Shown here piece by piece: positions 48,640-57,713 of a stretch of DNA of 64,000 nucleotides. Every line of letters begins with the position of its first letter. Position 1 is the stretch's first letter. Both the position numbers and the translations under genes were made by a program. Origin of the DNA: a virus (Duplodnaviria > Caudoviricetes); IMG/VR virus record IMGVR_UViG_2731957907_000001, positions 1 to 64,000 of that record, one strand, 5' to 3'. A model generated the notes under the pieces. It did no database searches. It saw only the letters and a program-made list of their open reading frames with translations, and was not told the origin of the DNA.

Positions 48640-49035
48640 TTATTTTTGGGTAAATTGTCGTTCTGAGCGGTACGTCAGATAAATCAGGTAGCCCTCACGG
48701 CTCCCGAGCGTACCAATCATCTGTTCGACGTGCTGCTTCTCGGCGGTGAAGCGGTTGGCCAGCCGCTGCGCCTGCAGCTCAACCTGGCGGTCTTGAGAGG
48801 CTGTAAGCATCTGCCCGATTTCTACAGGAAGGCGGTAGCTGGCCACCACCACCAGGAGCATGATGACCAGGCCGGCCACAAGCCTCACGCGGGCAGCAAA
48901 TCGCATAACCGCTTGCCGCCACACCTCAGGGTTTTCGGGGTTGAGCCCTGCGCGCCTGATCACTACATGTGGATGCTGCGCGCGGTAGACGAATACCACG
49001 CACAGCGCCAACACGAACAATGAAATCGAGTACAT
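48640..49035 (-). CDS. Membrane protein, two TM segments
   Basis: Hydrophobic segments; last gene of leftward early operon. Confidence 0.6.
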   Translation of the reverse strand: MYSISLFVLALCVVFVYRAQHPHVVIRRAGLNPENPEVWRQAVMRFAARVRLVAGLVIMLLVVVASYRLPVEIGQMLTASQDRQVELQAQRLANRFTAEKQHVEQMIGTLGSREGYLIYLTYRSERQFTQK

Positions 49036-49039
49036 GTCG

Positions 49040-49531
49040 TTACCCTTTGAGGTCAAAGTGAATGAGCCAACACCAAGGTGCTGGACAGGTAGGGGTGTCG
49101 GGCATCACCTGCGACCAGTAATCGAGAAATGAGGCCTTGGAGTCGTGCCCGCTGGCGCGCCAGTGCCTGGCCGTCAGCAAGTCCAATCGGTTGATCGCCA
49201 TACGCAGTACGATGCCGGTGCCGAAGCGCACTGGTTTGTGAGCGGGGGTCAGGTGCAGCAGGTCGAAAGCCGCGCCCGGGGCGATCGGTGAAATACGCGA
49301 GTCGATGACCCCAGTCCGGTAGGCGTGGCGGACTGCCGCCAGCAGCGCCTGGCTATTGCCCTCACTCAAGCCCAGTTCTGCCAGCCCATGGCCGTCCAGG
49401 TGCGGCTGGTCCTGGAAGGGCACCACCACCACCCGGACGTTACCGGCCTGGACCTTGGCAGCCAGGCCGGCAGACAAGATCAGCTGCTTGAGCGTGAAGT
49501 TGAGGCTATGGCCTTCCGCTGGTGCGCGCAT
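49040..49531 (-). CDS. Divergent ASCH/PUA-like protein
   Basis: C-terminal A.G.....F..YW......P..W.I.F pattern shared with 55476-56123. Confidence 0.5.
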   Translation of the reverse strand: MRAPAEGHSLNFTLKQLILSAGLAAKVQAGNVRVVVVPFQDQPHLDGHGLAELGLSEGNSQALLAAVRHAYRTGVIDSRISPIAPGAAFDLLHLTPAHKPVRFGTGIVLRMAINRLDLLTARHWRASGHDSKASFLDYWSQVMPDTPTCPAPWCWLIHFDLKG

Positions 49532-49827
49532 CAGCGGCTGACCAGCGTGAAGTGCACTGAATCCGGCCCCAGGCCATACGCCTGAATGAACTGCCGGCGC
49601 AGGTCCTCATAGATTGCGAAAACCGCGGCTTTGGCCTCAAGGTAATTCAGGCGGTGATTTTTCGGTGTGCTCCAGGTCGACTCCATGGCATTACCGGCAC
49701 CGTCTTTGAGCAAGACCACAGCGCTCCAAGCGACCCGCTTTTTCGGCAGCGAAGCCCTGAATTTCCCGGGTTGCTCTCCATTGGGTCCCTCATGGCGGAC
49801 ATGGGCCCCATCGAAGATGATTTTCAT
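49531..49827 (-). CDS. Hypothetical protein
   Basis: AAGGA RBS, coupled to downstream gene. Confidence 0.6.
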   Translation of the reverse strand: MKIIFDGAHVRHEGPNGEQPGKFRASLPKKRVAWSAVVLLKDGAGNAMESTWSTPKNHRLNYLEAKAAVFAIYEDLRRQFIQAYGLGPDSVHFTLVSR

Positions 49828-49873
49828 CGGTTCATTCCTTGCTTCTCGAAGGTAAGCGCTTGATAATCAACGC

Positions 49874-49950
49874 CCCACCTTTAGTGTTTCTGGCTGAAAT
49901 TTCTCGGGGTTGGGGAGAAGCCGCGCGCCGAAAGGTTGCGCGGCTTTTTT
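49874..49950 (+). ncRNA. Putative antisense sRNA in the rdgC operon
   Basis: TTGCTT-17-GATAAT promoter (49839-49867) and hairpin plus T6 terminator (49918-49950), opposite to flanking genes. Confidence 0.55.
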
Positions 49951-49961
49951 GTGCGCGGCTG

Positions 49962-50885
49962 TCACACCGCCTGGGGCAGATCCTCACCGCCAAGCACCTC
50001 CAATAGCGCTGGCAGAAATTGGGCGAAGGTCATCATCATCAGGGTGAAACTGGCGTCAAACTGCTGGGCAGCTTCATCACCACCATCCTGAGCGGCTTGT
50101 TCCTGCAGGACATCTTCAAAGCGAATACGCTTGATCGCCATCGTGTCGTCGAGCACGAACCGCAATTTGTCCTGCTGCCATGCCAGAGACAGCTGAGTAA
50201 CCACTTTGCCGGAGCTCAGGTGCAGTTGAATTTCCTCGCCGCTCAGATCCTGTCGCTTGCAGCGGACAATGCCACCATCCTCGGCCGTATCACGCAGCTC
50301 GCATTCGTCCAGCACGTAGAAATCGGCAGGCGCCTGCTGCCGCCTGACCCAATCAGTCATGCTGGCCACCGGGCTGATCTTCACGCTGACAGGCCGCACC
50401 GGTAGCGAACCGAGCACTTCACGTAGGGTGGACAGGAGGTCTTCAGCCCGCGCTGGGCTGGCCGAGTTCACCAAGATCATGCCCAGACGCGGCGCTATCG
50501 CAGCGAAGATCATTGAGTGCCTGACGAAGGCGCGTGGCAAACAGGCTTGTATGACTTCGTCTTTGATCTGGTCGCGTTCTTTCTTGTAAGCCTTGCGCAT
50601 CTGCTCGGTTTCGATTGCTTCAACCTTTTCCTTCACCGCCTCGGTCACAACGCTGCCTGGCAGGATGCGCTCCTCTTTACGGGCGGCGATCAGAAGGTAT
50701 TCACCGCTGACATGCACCAGGGGCGCGTCTTCACCCTTGCCGACTGGCGCTACAAACCCATAGGTGGACAGTTCCTGGCTGGCGCACGGTCGAGCAGGCT
50801 TGCTGGCCAGCGCGTTTTCAAGCGTCACAGCGGACAGGTCGATAGGTTGGGTGAGGCGGTACGGAAGCAAATTCTTGAAGAACAT
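49962..50885 (-). CDS. rdgC: Recombination-associated protein RdgC
   Basis: [53 protein letters not shown]; AAGGA RBS. Confidence 0.95.
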   Translation of the reverse strand: MFFKNLLPYRLTQPIDLSAVTLENALASKPARPCASQELSTYGFVAPVGKGEDAPLVHVSGEYLLIAARKEERILPGSVVTEAVKEKVEAIETEQMRKAYKKERDQIKDEVIQACLPRAFVRHSMIFAAIAPRLGMILVNSASPARAEDLLSTLREVLGSLPVRPVSVKISPVASMTDWVRRQQAPADFYVLDECELRDTAEDGGIVRCKRQDLSGEEIQLHLSSGKVVTQLSLAWQQDKLRFVLDDTMAIKRIRFEDVLQEQAAQDGGDEAAQQFDASFTLMMMTFAQFLPALLEVLGGEDLPQAV

Positions 50886-50906
50886 GGCGGTTCCTTGATG
50901 GGATTT

Positions 50907-50943
50907 ATGTCCGAGGATGCCGCAGAAAACTATCCTCGGACAT
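50907..50943. promoter_or_regulatory. Inverted operator pair ATGTCCGAGGAT
   Basis: 12-bp perfect inverted repeat with 13-nt spacer; same motif at 51568 and 51636. Confidence 0.65.
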
Positions 50944-51065
50944 TTCCGGCGCATATTGCCACCGCAAATTGCCGGGAGGAAGCGCTGAACGCTGCTTTTT
51001 CCTGTGTTTGCGTAATATTTGGGGATACTATTCAGCATCACGATTTTTATAAGGCATCCCCCTGC

Positions 51066-51551
51066 ATGTTCACCTGCCACGCTTATCTCGGCGCCAAAAC
51101 GGGCGAAGAAGCCTATGAGGCCGGCAAGGCCGCTAGGCGCTTGACCCTTACGCTGCTGATCGACATACGCGGCGAGGGTAACCGCCTGTTCATGGCCGGT
51201 GAGCTGGAGGGTGCAGAGCTGAACGCCTACACGCAGCGCATGCACCGGGCCATGGTGACCGACAAGGGGCTGAGCGATCGCGCCGCGCGGAACATCGAGG
51301 AGCTGATGCAACTCCCCTTTGGCTGGCTGGATCAGCCGTACCCAGCCAGGGAGTTACGAGCCTCCATCGCCAGGGCCAAGCGCATCCACCGAAAGATCGA
51401 AAAGTATGGCCTGCAGGCCGACGCCGCCAAGCGTATGCGCAACACAAAGTTGGCCCAGGTTGAGGGTGGACTGACTGGAAGCCGCGGGGTTTCTCGCGCC
51501 TTGTATGCTGAGCTTTTAGGGTGTCTGCGCAAGCGCCCGCGTGGGGTGTAG
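51066..51551 (+). CDS. Putative phage transcriptional regulator
   Basis: [20 protein letters not shown] resembles the end of CI/Cro-like HTH domains; flanked by operator repeats; start uncertain. Confidence 0.5.
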   Translation: MFTCHAYLGAKTGEEAYEAGKAARRLTLTLLIDIRGEGNRLFMAGELEGAELNAYTQRMHRAMVTDKGLSDRAARNIEELMQLPFGWLDQPYPARELRASIARAKRIHRKIEKYGLQADAAKRMRNTKLAQVEGGLTGSRGVSRALYAELLGCLRKRPRGV

Positions 51552-51661
51552 CCCGTCTGGACGGCTAATGTCCGAGGAGGAAAGTGCTTTAGAAGACCGC
51601 TGACCCTGTGGTATACAGGCGGCCGAAATCAAGAAATGTCCGAGGATGGTAAATCGCGGGC

Positions 51662-51715
51662 AAAAAAAAGAACCCACTCCCGACCAAGGCAAAGGGTTCT
51701 TTCCACACAACTTAG
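51662..51715 (-). ncRNA. Putative antisense control RNA upstream of lytic initiator
   Basis: TTGAAG-17-CAGAAT on the minus strand (51750-51722); 9-bp stem, UUGGUCGG-containing loop, U8 tail. Confidence 0.6.
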
Positions 51716-51969
51716 GCAGTGATTCTGTGGCTTGTCCCATGAATCTTCAAGCGCTCCTGCGCTACTCCATTCGGAGAGATTCTGTGCATGCCCGTTTCAC
51801 AGCCCCACGGAGACGACCCCGTGTGCTGCGAATTGTACCACAACGCACCCGATTTGCATCGGTCGCGCCTTTGCGCGCATTCGTCCAAAGCCCCGTATTT
51901 ACTGCGGTTTTGTGACTTTTTTCACGTCTCAGCTTCGCCAACAGCACCTAAGACACAAGGAGGTGCTGC

Positions 51970-53025
51970 TTGAGCATCGTTCGTCTTCCCCGTCGCGACC
52001 GTTACGCCATCATTTCCTCCAGCTGCATCGAAGATAAGCGCCTTTCCTGGGAAGCGCGCGGCATGCTGATCTACTTGCTGAGCAAGAAAGACAACTGGGA
52101 AGTGAAAATCACCGACCTCAAGAACCAGACCAAGGATTGCCTTGGCGTTCGTTCGGGTCGTGACAAGGTATACAAGCTGATCAAAGAGCTACGCTGCGCT
52201 GGTTACCTGTGGCGGGATTACTCCCGGTGCGGTGGCGTCTTCACCGGTGTGGAGTACGTGGTATCCGAGGAGCCTGACTTGCAGGCCGGCGCGGAATACA
52301 TGCGTGAGCTGGCAGACAAGGCTGCGGCCAAAGGCCAGGTCGTCCCATTTCCGGATTTGCCGGAAGCGGTCAAACCGGCACCGGCAGCACCGTTTCCGGC
52401 AAACCCGGAAGCTATAGATAAGACTGAAAAAGCATCTAGCACTGAAAAAGCACCTAATACCGCCGAGGGAGCTGGCGCTGCCTCGGGCAGTGTCGAGGAC
52501 GCTTCAGAGCAAGAAGCAAAAGCGTCCGCAGGCAGCCCAGATAAATCGCTGCCCGACACATACCCCAAAAACACGGGGTCCAAGTCTTATGCCGCCTGGA
52601 TGGCCTACGCTCAGGCGTATCGATCCCGGTACCGGCTGTGGCCGGTCTGCAACAAAACCATGTTGTCCAGGATGTGCCAGCTGGTCGACCGGGTGGGCGA
52701 TCTGGCTGCGCGAGTAGCGCAGTACTACGTCTCCAGCGACACCAGCCCGCAAGCGTTGGCCAGCACCCACGCCGTGGGCCATCTGCTGCAGAACTGTGAA
52801 GGCCTGGCCACTCGCGCCCAGGCTGCGGATCGCGCAGCTAAAGCTAGCTCGAACGCACGCGAAAACGCGGCAAGAACTGCTGCTGAAGCAAGCAAAGCAA
52901 CGCCTGCTGCGCTTCCCAAAGAAACCAAGCCCGGCCGTGAGGCCTCCCAGGTCGCTCTGTCAGCGATGGAAAGCCTACGCAAAGGCCGGGGTTTACAGCA
53001 CAGGCCCTCAGGGGGTGCGGCATGA
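51970..53025 (+). CDS. Lytic replication initiator (winged-HTH, O-like)
   Basis: LSWEARGMLIYLLSKKDNW...GRDKV...IKELR.AGYL; AAGGAGG RBS; internal iterons. Confidence 0.75.
   Translation: MSIVRLPRRDRYAIISSSCIEDKRLSWEARGMLIYLLSKKDNWEVKITDLKNQTKDCLGVRSGRDKVYKLIKELRCAGYLWRDYSRCGGVFTGVEYVVSEEPDLQAGAEYMRELADKAAAKGQVVPFPDLPEAVKPAPAAPFPANPEAIDKTEKASSTEKAPNTAEGAGAASGSVEDASEQEAKASAGSPDKSLPDTYPKNTGSKSYAAWMAYAQAYRSRYRLWPVCNKTMLSRMCQLVDRVGDLAARVAQYYVSSDTSPQALASTHAVGHLLQNCEGLATRAQAADRAAKASSNARENAARTAAEASKATPAALPKETKPGREASQVALSAMESLRKGRGLQHRPSGGAA
52345..52460. repeat. Putative lytic origin inside initiator gene
   Basis: Five CCG-N4-CGG-like units at exact 15-bp period followed by an A-rich stretch. Confidence 0.6.
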
Positions 53026-53429
53026 GTTTCGGAGGCAGAACCGTCACTGCTATCGAGAAACGCTGGCATGACGACGTGGCGGAAATCTGCGGGTGCATAT
53101 GCTGCCTGCTCGATGGTCGTCCTCGGGACTACACGCTGCCTGCCCACGTTTCGATCCATCACTGCGACGGCCGCACTAAGGCGCATGCCCACTACTACGT
53201 TCTGCCGCTGTGCGCTGGTCATCACCAGGATGGCCATGGGGCACCAGGTCTACTGGCTGTGCACGGTGACAAAGCAAGGTTTACCGCTGCCTATGGTCGC
53301 CAGATCGAGCTGGTAGAAGCGTGTGTGCAACTGGTCGAGTGTGCACAGCGTGAGGTTCCCGCCGGCGTGCGCAGGCTGCTTGCGCAGTGGCATCACAGCC
53401 AGCAATACCAGGAAGCGGCAAATGCTTAA
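53022..53429 (+). CDS. ref: Ref-like RecA-dependent HNH nuclease
   Basis: GCICC, VSIHHCDGRTK..AH..VLPLC..HHQ. Confidence 0.85.
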   Translation: MSFGGRTVTAIEKRWHDDVAEICGCICCLLDGRPRDYTLPAHVSIHHCDGRTKAHAHYYVLPLCAGHHQDGHGAPGLLAVHGDKARFTAAYGRQIELVEACVQLVECAQREVPAGVRRLLAQWHHSQQYQEAANA

Positions 53430-53667
53430 CAACGACGATGCCCCGGCCAGCACCAAGGCGTGCCCATGCGGTGAATCCCGGCTTGTCCTGCTGCGCTCGG
53501 TAAACCTGAAGCTTTGCCCGACCTGCGGGCGCGAAATTAACTGGCCGCTCGACGCTGGCCAGCGTGCGCTGATCAGCTCAAGCCGAGGTGATCGCAGGTT
53601 TCCTGGAACAATGAATACTAAGACGCCTTTAGCACCAAAAACACCAAAAGCGTTAAAGCGCCTATAG
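53422..53667 (+). CDS. Small zinc-ribbon protein
   Basis: CPCG...CPTCG. Confidence 0.6.
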   Translation: MLNNDDAPASTKACPCGESRLVLLRSVNLKLCPTCGREINWPLDAGQRALISSSRGDRRFPGTMNTKTPLAPKTPKALKRL

Positions 53668-53724
53668 CACTAAGGCGCCTTTTCTGGGATTATGGCCGGG
53701 CAATTTCAGCCAGAGACACCAGAC

Positions 53725-54078
53725 ATGCGCCCAGAAACCGTAGATTTCAGCGCCCCTTCAGCCAATTTGTTGGCCGATCGGATGCGCTTCTTAGCTAACC
53801 CCGAACTGCTGGCCGACGCCTTCGAGTTTTGTCAGCCAGCAGGATTCAACGCACAGGAGTGGGCCGAGCAGGCCTTGGTTCTGGAGGGGAGTTTGAAAGA
53901 GGGGCGGCCCATTCCGCTGGACGACAGAAATGTCGCCCTGCTGGTGGAGTCGCTTGAGGGTAACCGCGTGATTGGACAGGCCGGCAAGCGCCGCCCGCAA
54001 CTGATCGAGCTGGCCAGGCAGGTCGCTTTCCAGTTGGAGCCCCACGCAGGGCGCCGCGTCGTGCCGGAGGTGGACTGA
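53725..54078 (+). CDS. Hypothetical protein
   Basis: First gene of a coupled early operon; start uncertain. Confidence 0.55.
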   Translation: MRPETVDFSAPSANLLADRMRFLANPELLADAFEFCQPAGFNAQEWAEQALVLEGSLKEGRPIPLDDRNVALLVESLEGNRVIGQAGKRRPQLIELARQVAFQLEPHAGRRVVPEVD

Positions 54079-54401
54079 TGATCCTTCCCGATCTGTTCGA
54101 TGGCGACCTGGCCATGACGCGCGAATCAATCGAAACGCCAATCGGTGAAATGCGGTTTTTGATAACCCGCAAATCCTGGGAGGTATTGAGCGGTGATGAG
54201 GACATGCCTTCGTACATGCCCCACACGAATTTTGTGGTGATCGCACATCACCCAGTAACCGGCGTGATGACCATGGCCGGGGCCAAGCTTGAGGACGGTG
54301 ACGACCTGCGTACAGCGTGCGCAGATGCCGCGCAAGATTTGACCCTCAGTGTGCAGGCCATCAAGGCGTATCTCAAAGGACTAGACGGAACTTCCCCATG
54401 A
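54078..54401 (+). CDS. Hypothetical protein
   Basis: TGATG coupling, GGAGG RBS. Confidence 0.6.
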   Translation: MILPDLFDGDLAMTRESIETPIGEMRFLITRKSWEVLSGDEDMPSYMPHTNFVVIAHHPVTGVMTMAGAKLEDGDDLRTACADAAQDLTLSVQAIKAYLKGLDGTSP

Positions 54402-55081
54402 TCAAGTACCAACCTGACTGGACCGCGGTAATGCTCGACGACGAGCGATTCAAGCTCGAGCAGCTACCCGGGGGCGCTGGCGATGACGACGGCGGGCGCA
54501 TTCAGCTGACTCATATCAAGTCCGGAATCAAGGTGGACGTTCCGGTGAGCGTGACGGCCAAGCATGAAGAACGCCTGCGTGAGGCCAGCGCTCTTTACAA
54601 GCGACTGGTCGACGCAATGGTAGAGGCCAAGTATCACGAATTCGGTACCCACCACTTCGCCAGGCTGCTGCGCTGTGTGTACGCGAACAAGCTGATTGAG
54701 GTGATTTCGAGCTACGGCCGAGCCTTCTTCTACAGCAGTGGACACGACCGGATAGCCCAGATGGTTTACGACTACGCCAGCACGCCACCGGCGGTGTATC
54801 TCATCGATGAGAAGTCTGCACGCCAGGTGGTGCTGCGCAACAACGGCGACTGGGCAGGCTTCGGCCATAACGGGATGCTGCGCGACCTGGTCATGCAGCT
54901 GCGGGACTATGTGATGAAGGGCGTGCGAATCGACATGGAGTACATCGGCCTCATCAGCCCTCTGGGCAAGTCCAACGCCTGGGGCTATCCCCAAGATCAG
55001 ATGGAGAAGTGCCGCCAAGCCGCAGTGATGCTGCCGTGTATGGCCCAGTTCCAAAGCCCCAATGGAGTACGCGCAGCATGA
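54398..55081 (+). CDS. Hypothetical phage protein
   Basis: ATGA overlaps at both ends. Confidence 0.65.
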   Translation: MIKYQPDWTAVMLDDERFKLEQLPGGAGDDDGGRIQLTHIKSGIKVDVPVSVTAKHEERLREASALYKRLVDAMVEAKYHEFGTHHFARLLRCVYANKLIEVISSYGRAFFYSSGHDRIAQMVYDYASTPPAVYLIDEKSARQVVLRNNGDWAGFGHNGMLRDLVMQLRDYVMKGVRIDMEYIGLISPLGKSNAWGYPQDQMEKCRQAAVMLPCMAQFQSPNGVRAA

Positions 55082-55479
55082 CCAAACCACAAGTGGAGCA
55101 TCGCAAAATCTCGCTTGAACAGTTCCAAGCTGAGTACAAGGCCCAGGCTGACAAGCGTGAAGACATCGTGGTCATCTGCCCGGCCTGCGGCACGCTGCAG
55201 AACGGGCACGACTTGATCAAGGCTGGCGCCGGTGAATGTATGGACGATCTGCAGGGGCGCTTCGGTTTCTCCTGCGTGGGTCGCTGGACTGGCAAGGGAT
55301 CGGCAACGGCTGATGTGATCGCAGCTGGGCAGGGGTGCAACTGGACGCTGGGTGGACTGTTCCAGGTCAACACCCTGACAGTGGTTGATCCTGACGGCAA
55401 TGAGCACCCGTTCTTCGAGCTGGCCAGCAAAGAGGCGGCAGACGCTTACCGCGCCAAGCAAGCAGAGGCCTCTGAATGA
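55078..55479 (+). CDS. VVA0879-like Cys-rich phage protein
   Basis: CPACG, FSCVGRW, GCNWTLGGLF, PFF. Confidence 0.7.
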   Translation: MTKPQVEHRKISLEQFQAEYKAQADKREDIVVICPACGTLQNGHDLIKAGAGECMDDLQGRFGFSCVGRWTGKGSATADVIAAGQGCNWTLGGLFQVNTLTVVDPDGNEHPFFELASKEAADAYRAKQAEASE

Positions 55480-56123
55480 GCCAGGCAGCCAAGCAACGGG
55501 CAGTGGTCATGTCCGCCGGCATGGCTGCTGCTACCCAGGAGGGCCGTAAAACGGCCTTCCGGGTGCCGGTACTGCCACAACCGGAACACGCGTACCTACG
55601 AATGTGTGCAGAGACATGCCCCGAGCCTCACACATGGACCGATGTCGACACCCTAAGCAACGCCGGAGGCCGCACCCGCTGGCGCTGTCCATATGGCGTA
55701 CCTGGTGACCGCCTGTTTGTGCAAGAGCCCTGGAACAAGCATGGTGGCGCGGTCACCTACCTGGCGGACGGAGACTGGATCGCAGATTTCAACGTGGACG
55801 CAGTGCCGCCCGTGCGCAATCGTCCAAAGTGGGAGGACGCCGACGCTATGCCGGAGGAGTACGCCCGGCTATTCCTTGAAATCGTGAGCGTGAACGCCAG
55901 GCGCCTGCAGGCTATCGATGCTGAGCAAGCCAAGGCCGAAGGTATGTTCTATGACACCAAGGCGCGGCAGTACGTGATCATCGAGGGTGACGAGTTCAAA
56001 GGACGCTCTACCCGCAATGCACGGGAGGCCTTCTACATGCTCTGGGAATCGCAGCGCACCGGTTTCATGTGGGCCTCCAACCCCTGGGTTTGGGTGGTCG
56101 AGTTCAAACGCATAGTGCCGTAG
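55476..56123 (+). CDS. ASCH/PUA-like phage protein
   Basis: GRKT..R, CPYGVPGDRLFVQE, RLQAI...AKAEG, NPWVWVVEFKR. Confidence 0.75.
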   Translation: MSQAAKQRAVVMSAGMAAATQEGRKTAFRVPVLPQPEHAYLRMCAETCPEPHTWTDVDTLSNAGGRTRWRCPYGVPGDRLFVQEPWNKHGGAVTYLADGDWIADFNVDAVPPVRNRPKWEDADAMPEEYARLFLEIVSVNARRLQAIDAEQAKAEGMFYDTKARQYVIIEGDEFKGRSTRNAREAFYMLWESQRTGFMWASNPWVWVVEFKRIVP

Positions 56124-56137
56124 CAGTCGGGGGCAGC

Positions 56138-56548
56138 ATGAAGACAGAAGAATACATTCGCGACTGCGCCGCCCGTGGCTTCTCCAAGGCTATGGTCATA
56201 GAGGCCCTGGGCGTTAACCGCCAATCGTTCAATGCGATGCTCGAGCTACTGCCCCCAATCAAATGGCCTGGCCCTGGCCAATCGCTGGCTTGCAAGCTCT
56301 CTTACGAGGCGCGCCGCGGCACCTGTCCGCCGGCGCTTCGCGCTTCTGGTGAGAAAGGGCGCCAAGCCAAGCGTGAAAAACAAACATACACCGTCGACGG
56401 GGTGCAGGGGACCATCCCTGATCACGCCAGACGGTATGGCGTGCAACCTGAAACCGTTCGGGGGCGCATGCGCGCCGGTAAATCCCTCAAAGAAGCCTTA
56501 GAGGCCATTCCCAATCATCGCGGTAAAAGAAAGGGTCGTCCTGCATGA
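56138..56548 (+). CDS. Putative DNA-binding protein
   Basis: HTH-like N- and C-terminal segments (ARRYGVQPETVRGR...SLKEAL). Confidence 0.6.
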   Translation: MKTEEYIRDCAARGFSKAMVIEALGVNRQSFNAMLELLPPIKWPGPGQSLACKLSYEARRGTCPPALRASGEKGRQAKREKQTYTVDGVQGTIPDHARRYGVQPETVRGRMRAGKSLKEALEAIPNHRGKRKGRPA

Positions 56549-56931
56549 AAGCCTTATCGATCAAGCAACCATGGGCGTGGCTGATCATCCACGGCGGCAA
56601 AGACATTGAAAACCGCACCTGGCACACGAAGTTTCGCGGGCGCTTCCTGGTGCATGCGTCCCAAGGCATGACGGGTAAAGAGTACCGGGACGCTTATCAC
56701 TGGTGCCTGGAAAATCACGCTATCACTGACTTGATCCTGCCAGAGCCACAAGATCTGCAGCGTGGCGGCATCATCGGCTCTGTCGAGCTAGTGGGGAGCA
56801 TTGATACCAGCAATTCGCCCTGGTACATGGGCGCCAAAGGCTTCGTGCTGCGCGATCCCCAGGTGCTGCCGTTCATTCCTCTGAAGGGCCGCTTGGGCTT
56901 TTTCGAAGTGCCAGCTGAGGTGCTGAAATGA
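56545..56931 (+). CDS. ASCH domain protein
   Basis: MKALSIKQPWAWLII.G.KDIENR.W...RG...HA, GGIIG. Confidence 0.9.
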   Translation: MKALSIKQPWAWLIIHGGKDIENRTWHTKFRGRFLVHASQGMTGKEYRDAYHWCLENHAITDLILPEPQDLQRGGIIGSVELVGSIDTSNSPWYMGAKGFVLRDPQVLPFIPLKGRLGFFEVPAEVLK

Positions 56932-57004
56932 GCGCGGTCTACAGATGCGTCCATGCCAAGTTGAACATCAAGCGCGCCGGGCAGCCGGCCGGGGAGGGGG
57001 TGTG

Positions 57005-57148
57005 ATGAGCCGAATCCACATGTGGCACCGCATGGCCTACATGGGCTTCATCATCGTGAAGTGCGGCCGGAAGGTCCGGGCCACCCAGTTCACCGACCAG
57101 CCTGAGAAGGTCACCTGCAAAGCCTGCCTCAATCGCATGGGGGCTTAG
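57005..57148 (+). CDS. Small Cys-containing hypothetical protein
   Basis: GGAGG RBS; H...CG...VTCKAC. Confidence 0.45.
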   Translation: MSRIHMWHRMAYMGFIIVKCGRKVRATQFTDQPEKVTCKACLNRMGA

Positions 57149-57150
57149 TC

Positions 57151-57378
57151 ATGAAGACTCACTACGACCCGCATCCTGATTCTGAGGAATCGGAAGAGCA
57201 GGCCGTTTGCGGGACCTGGCTCGGTGACGAGAGCAACTTGTCTGGCGATTGGTCTCGTGTGGACTGCCAGCGATGCCTCAAAGCCAAGGGGAAGATCGAG
57301 GCTGCCATCGCTGATGAGGAGTTCTTCATTGTCGAGCAGATGGGCCACATGGCCGCCCACATGCGGGAGCAGCACTGA
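57151..57378 (+). CDS. Small zinc-binding hypothetical protein
   Basis: H...CG...VDCQRC. Confidence 0.6.
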   Translation: MKTHYDPHPDSEESEEQAVCGTWLGDESNLSGDWSRVDCQRCLKAKGKIEAAIADEEFFIVEQMGHMAAHMREQH

Positions 57379-57713
57379 TGGACACCAACAAGATGCGCGA
57401 GCAGTTCGAGTCAGCATTCATTGCTCAGCAGGTCGCGGCTTTTGGCGAGTGTACGCGCGAAGGTGCAGTGCACCGTCTCAAGCGCGATGGTGAGTTTGAC
57501 AAGCCGCCCACAGCATATGATCTGCACCGCCGTGAGCAGGGTATGTACGACGAGTATTGGATTGAAATGTTGTGGTGGGCCTGGAAGGCCTCCCGTGAGG
57601 CGCTTGTTGTCGAGAACCCATTCGACGTTTGCATTGGTGACCCAGACGCAATGTGGGCTCATGGGGTCGCTGAAAAATCATTGAAGGCTCAAGGGTTGAG
57701 GGTTCGGCCATGA
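57378..57713 (+). CDS. Hypothetical phage protein
   Basis: MREQFE...WWAWKASR pattern common in phage early genes. Confidence 0.65.
   Translation: MDTNKMREQFESAFIAQQVAAFGECTREGAVHRLKRDGEFDKPPTAYDLHRREQGMYDEYWIEMLWWAWKASREALVVENPFDVCIGDPDAMWAHGVAEKSLKAQGLRVRP

Noticed and set aside
50517-51311. Long mutually overlapping versions of rdgC (449 aa) and the regulator (344 aa)
   Set aside because: RdgC similarity starts at MFFKN (50885) with an RBS; the extensions are shadow frames across an operator-containing intergenic region.
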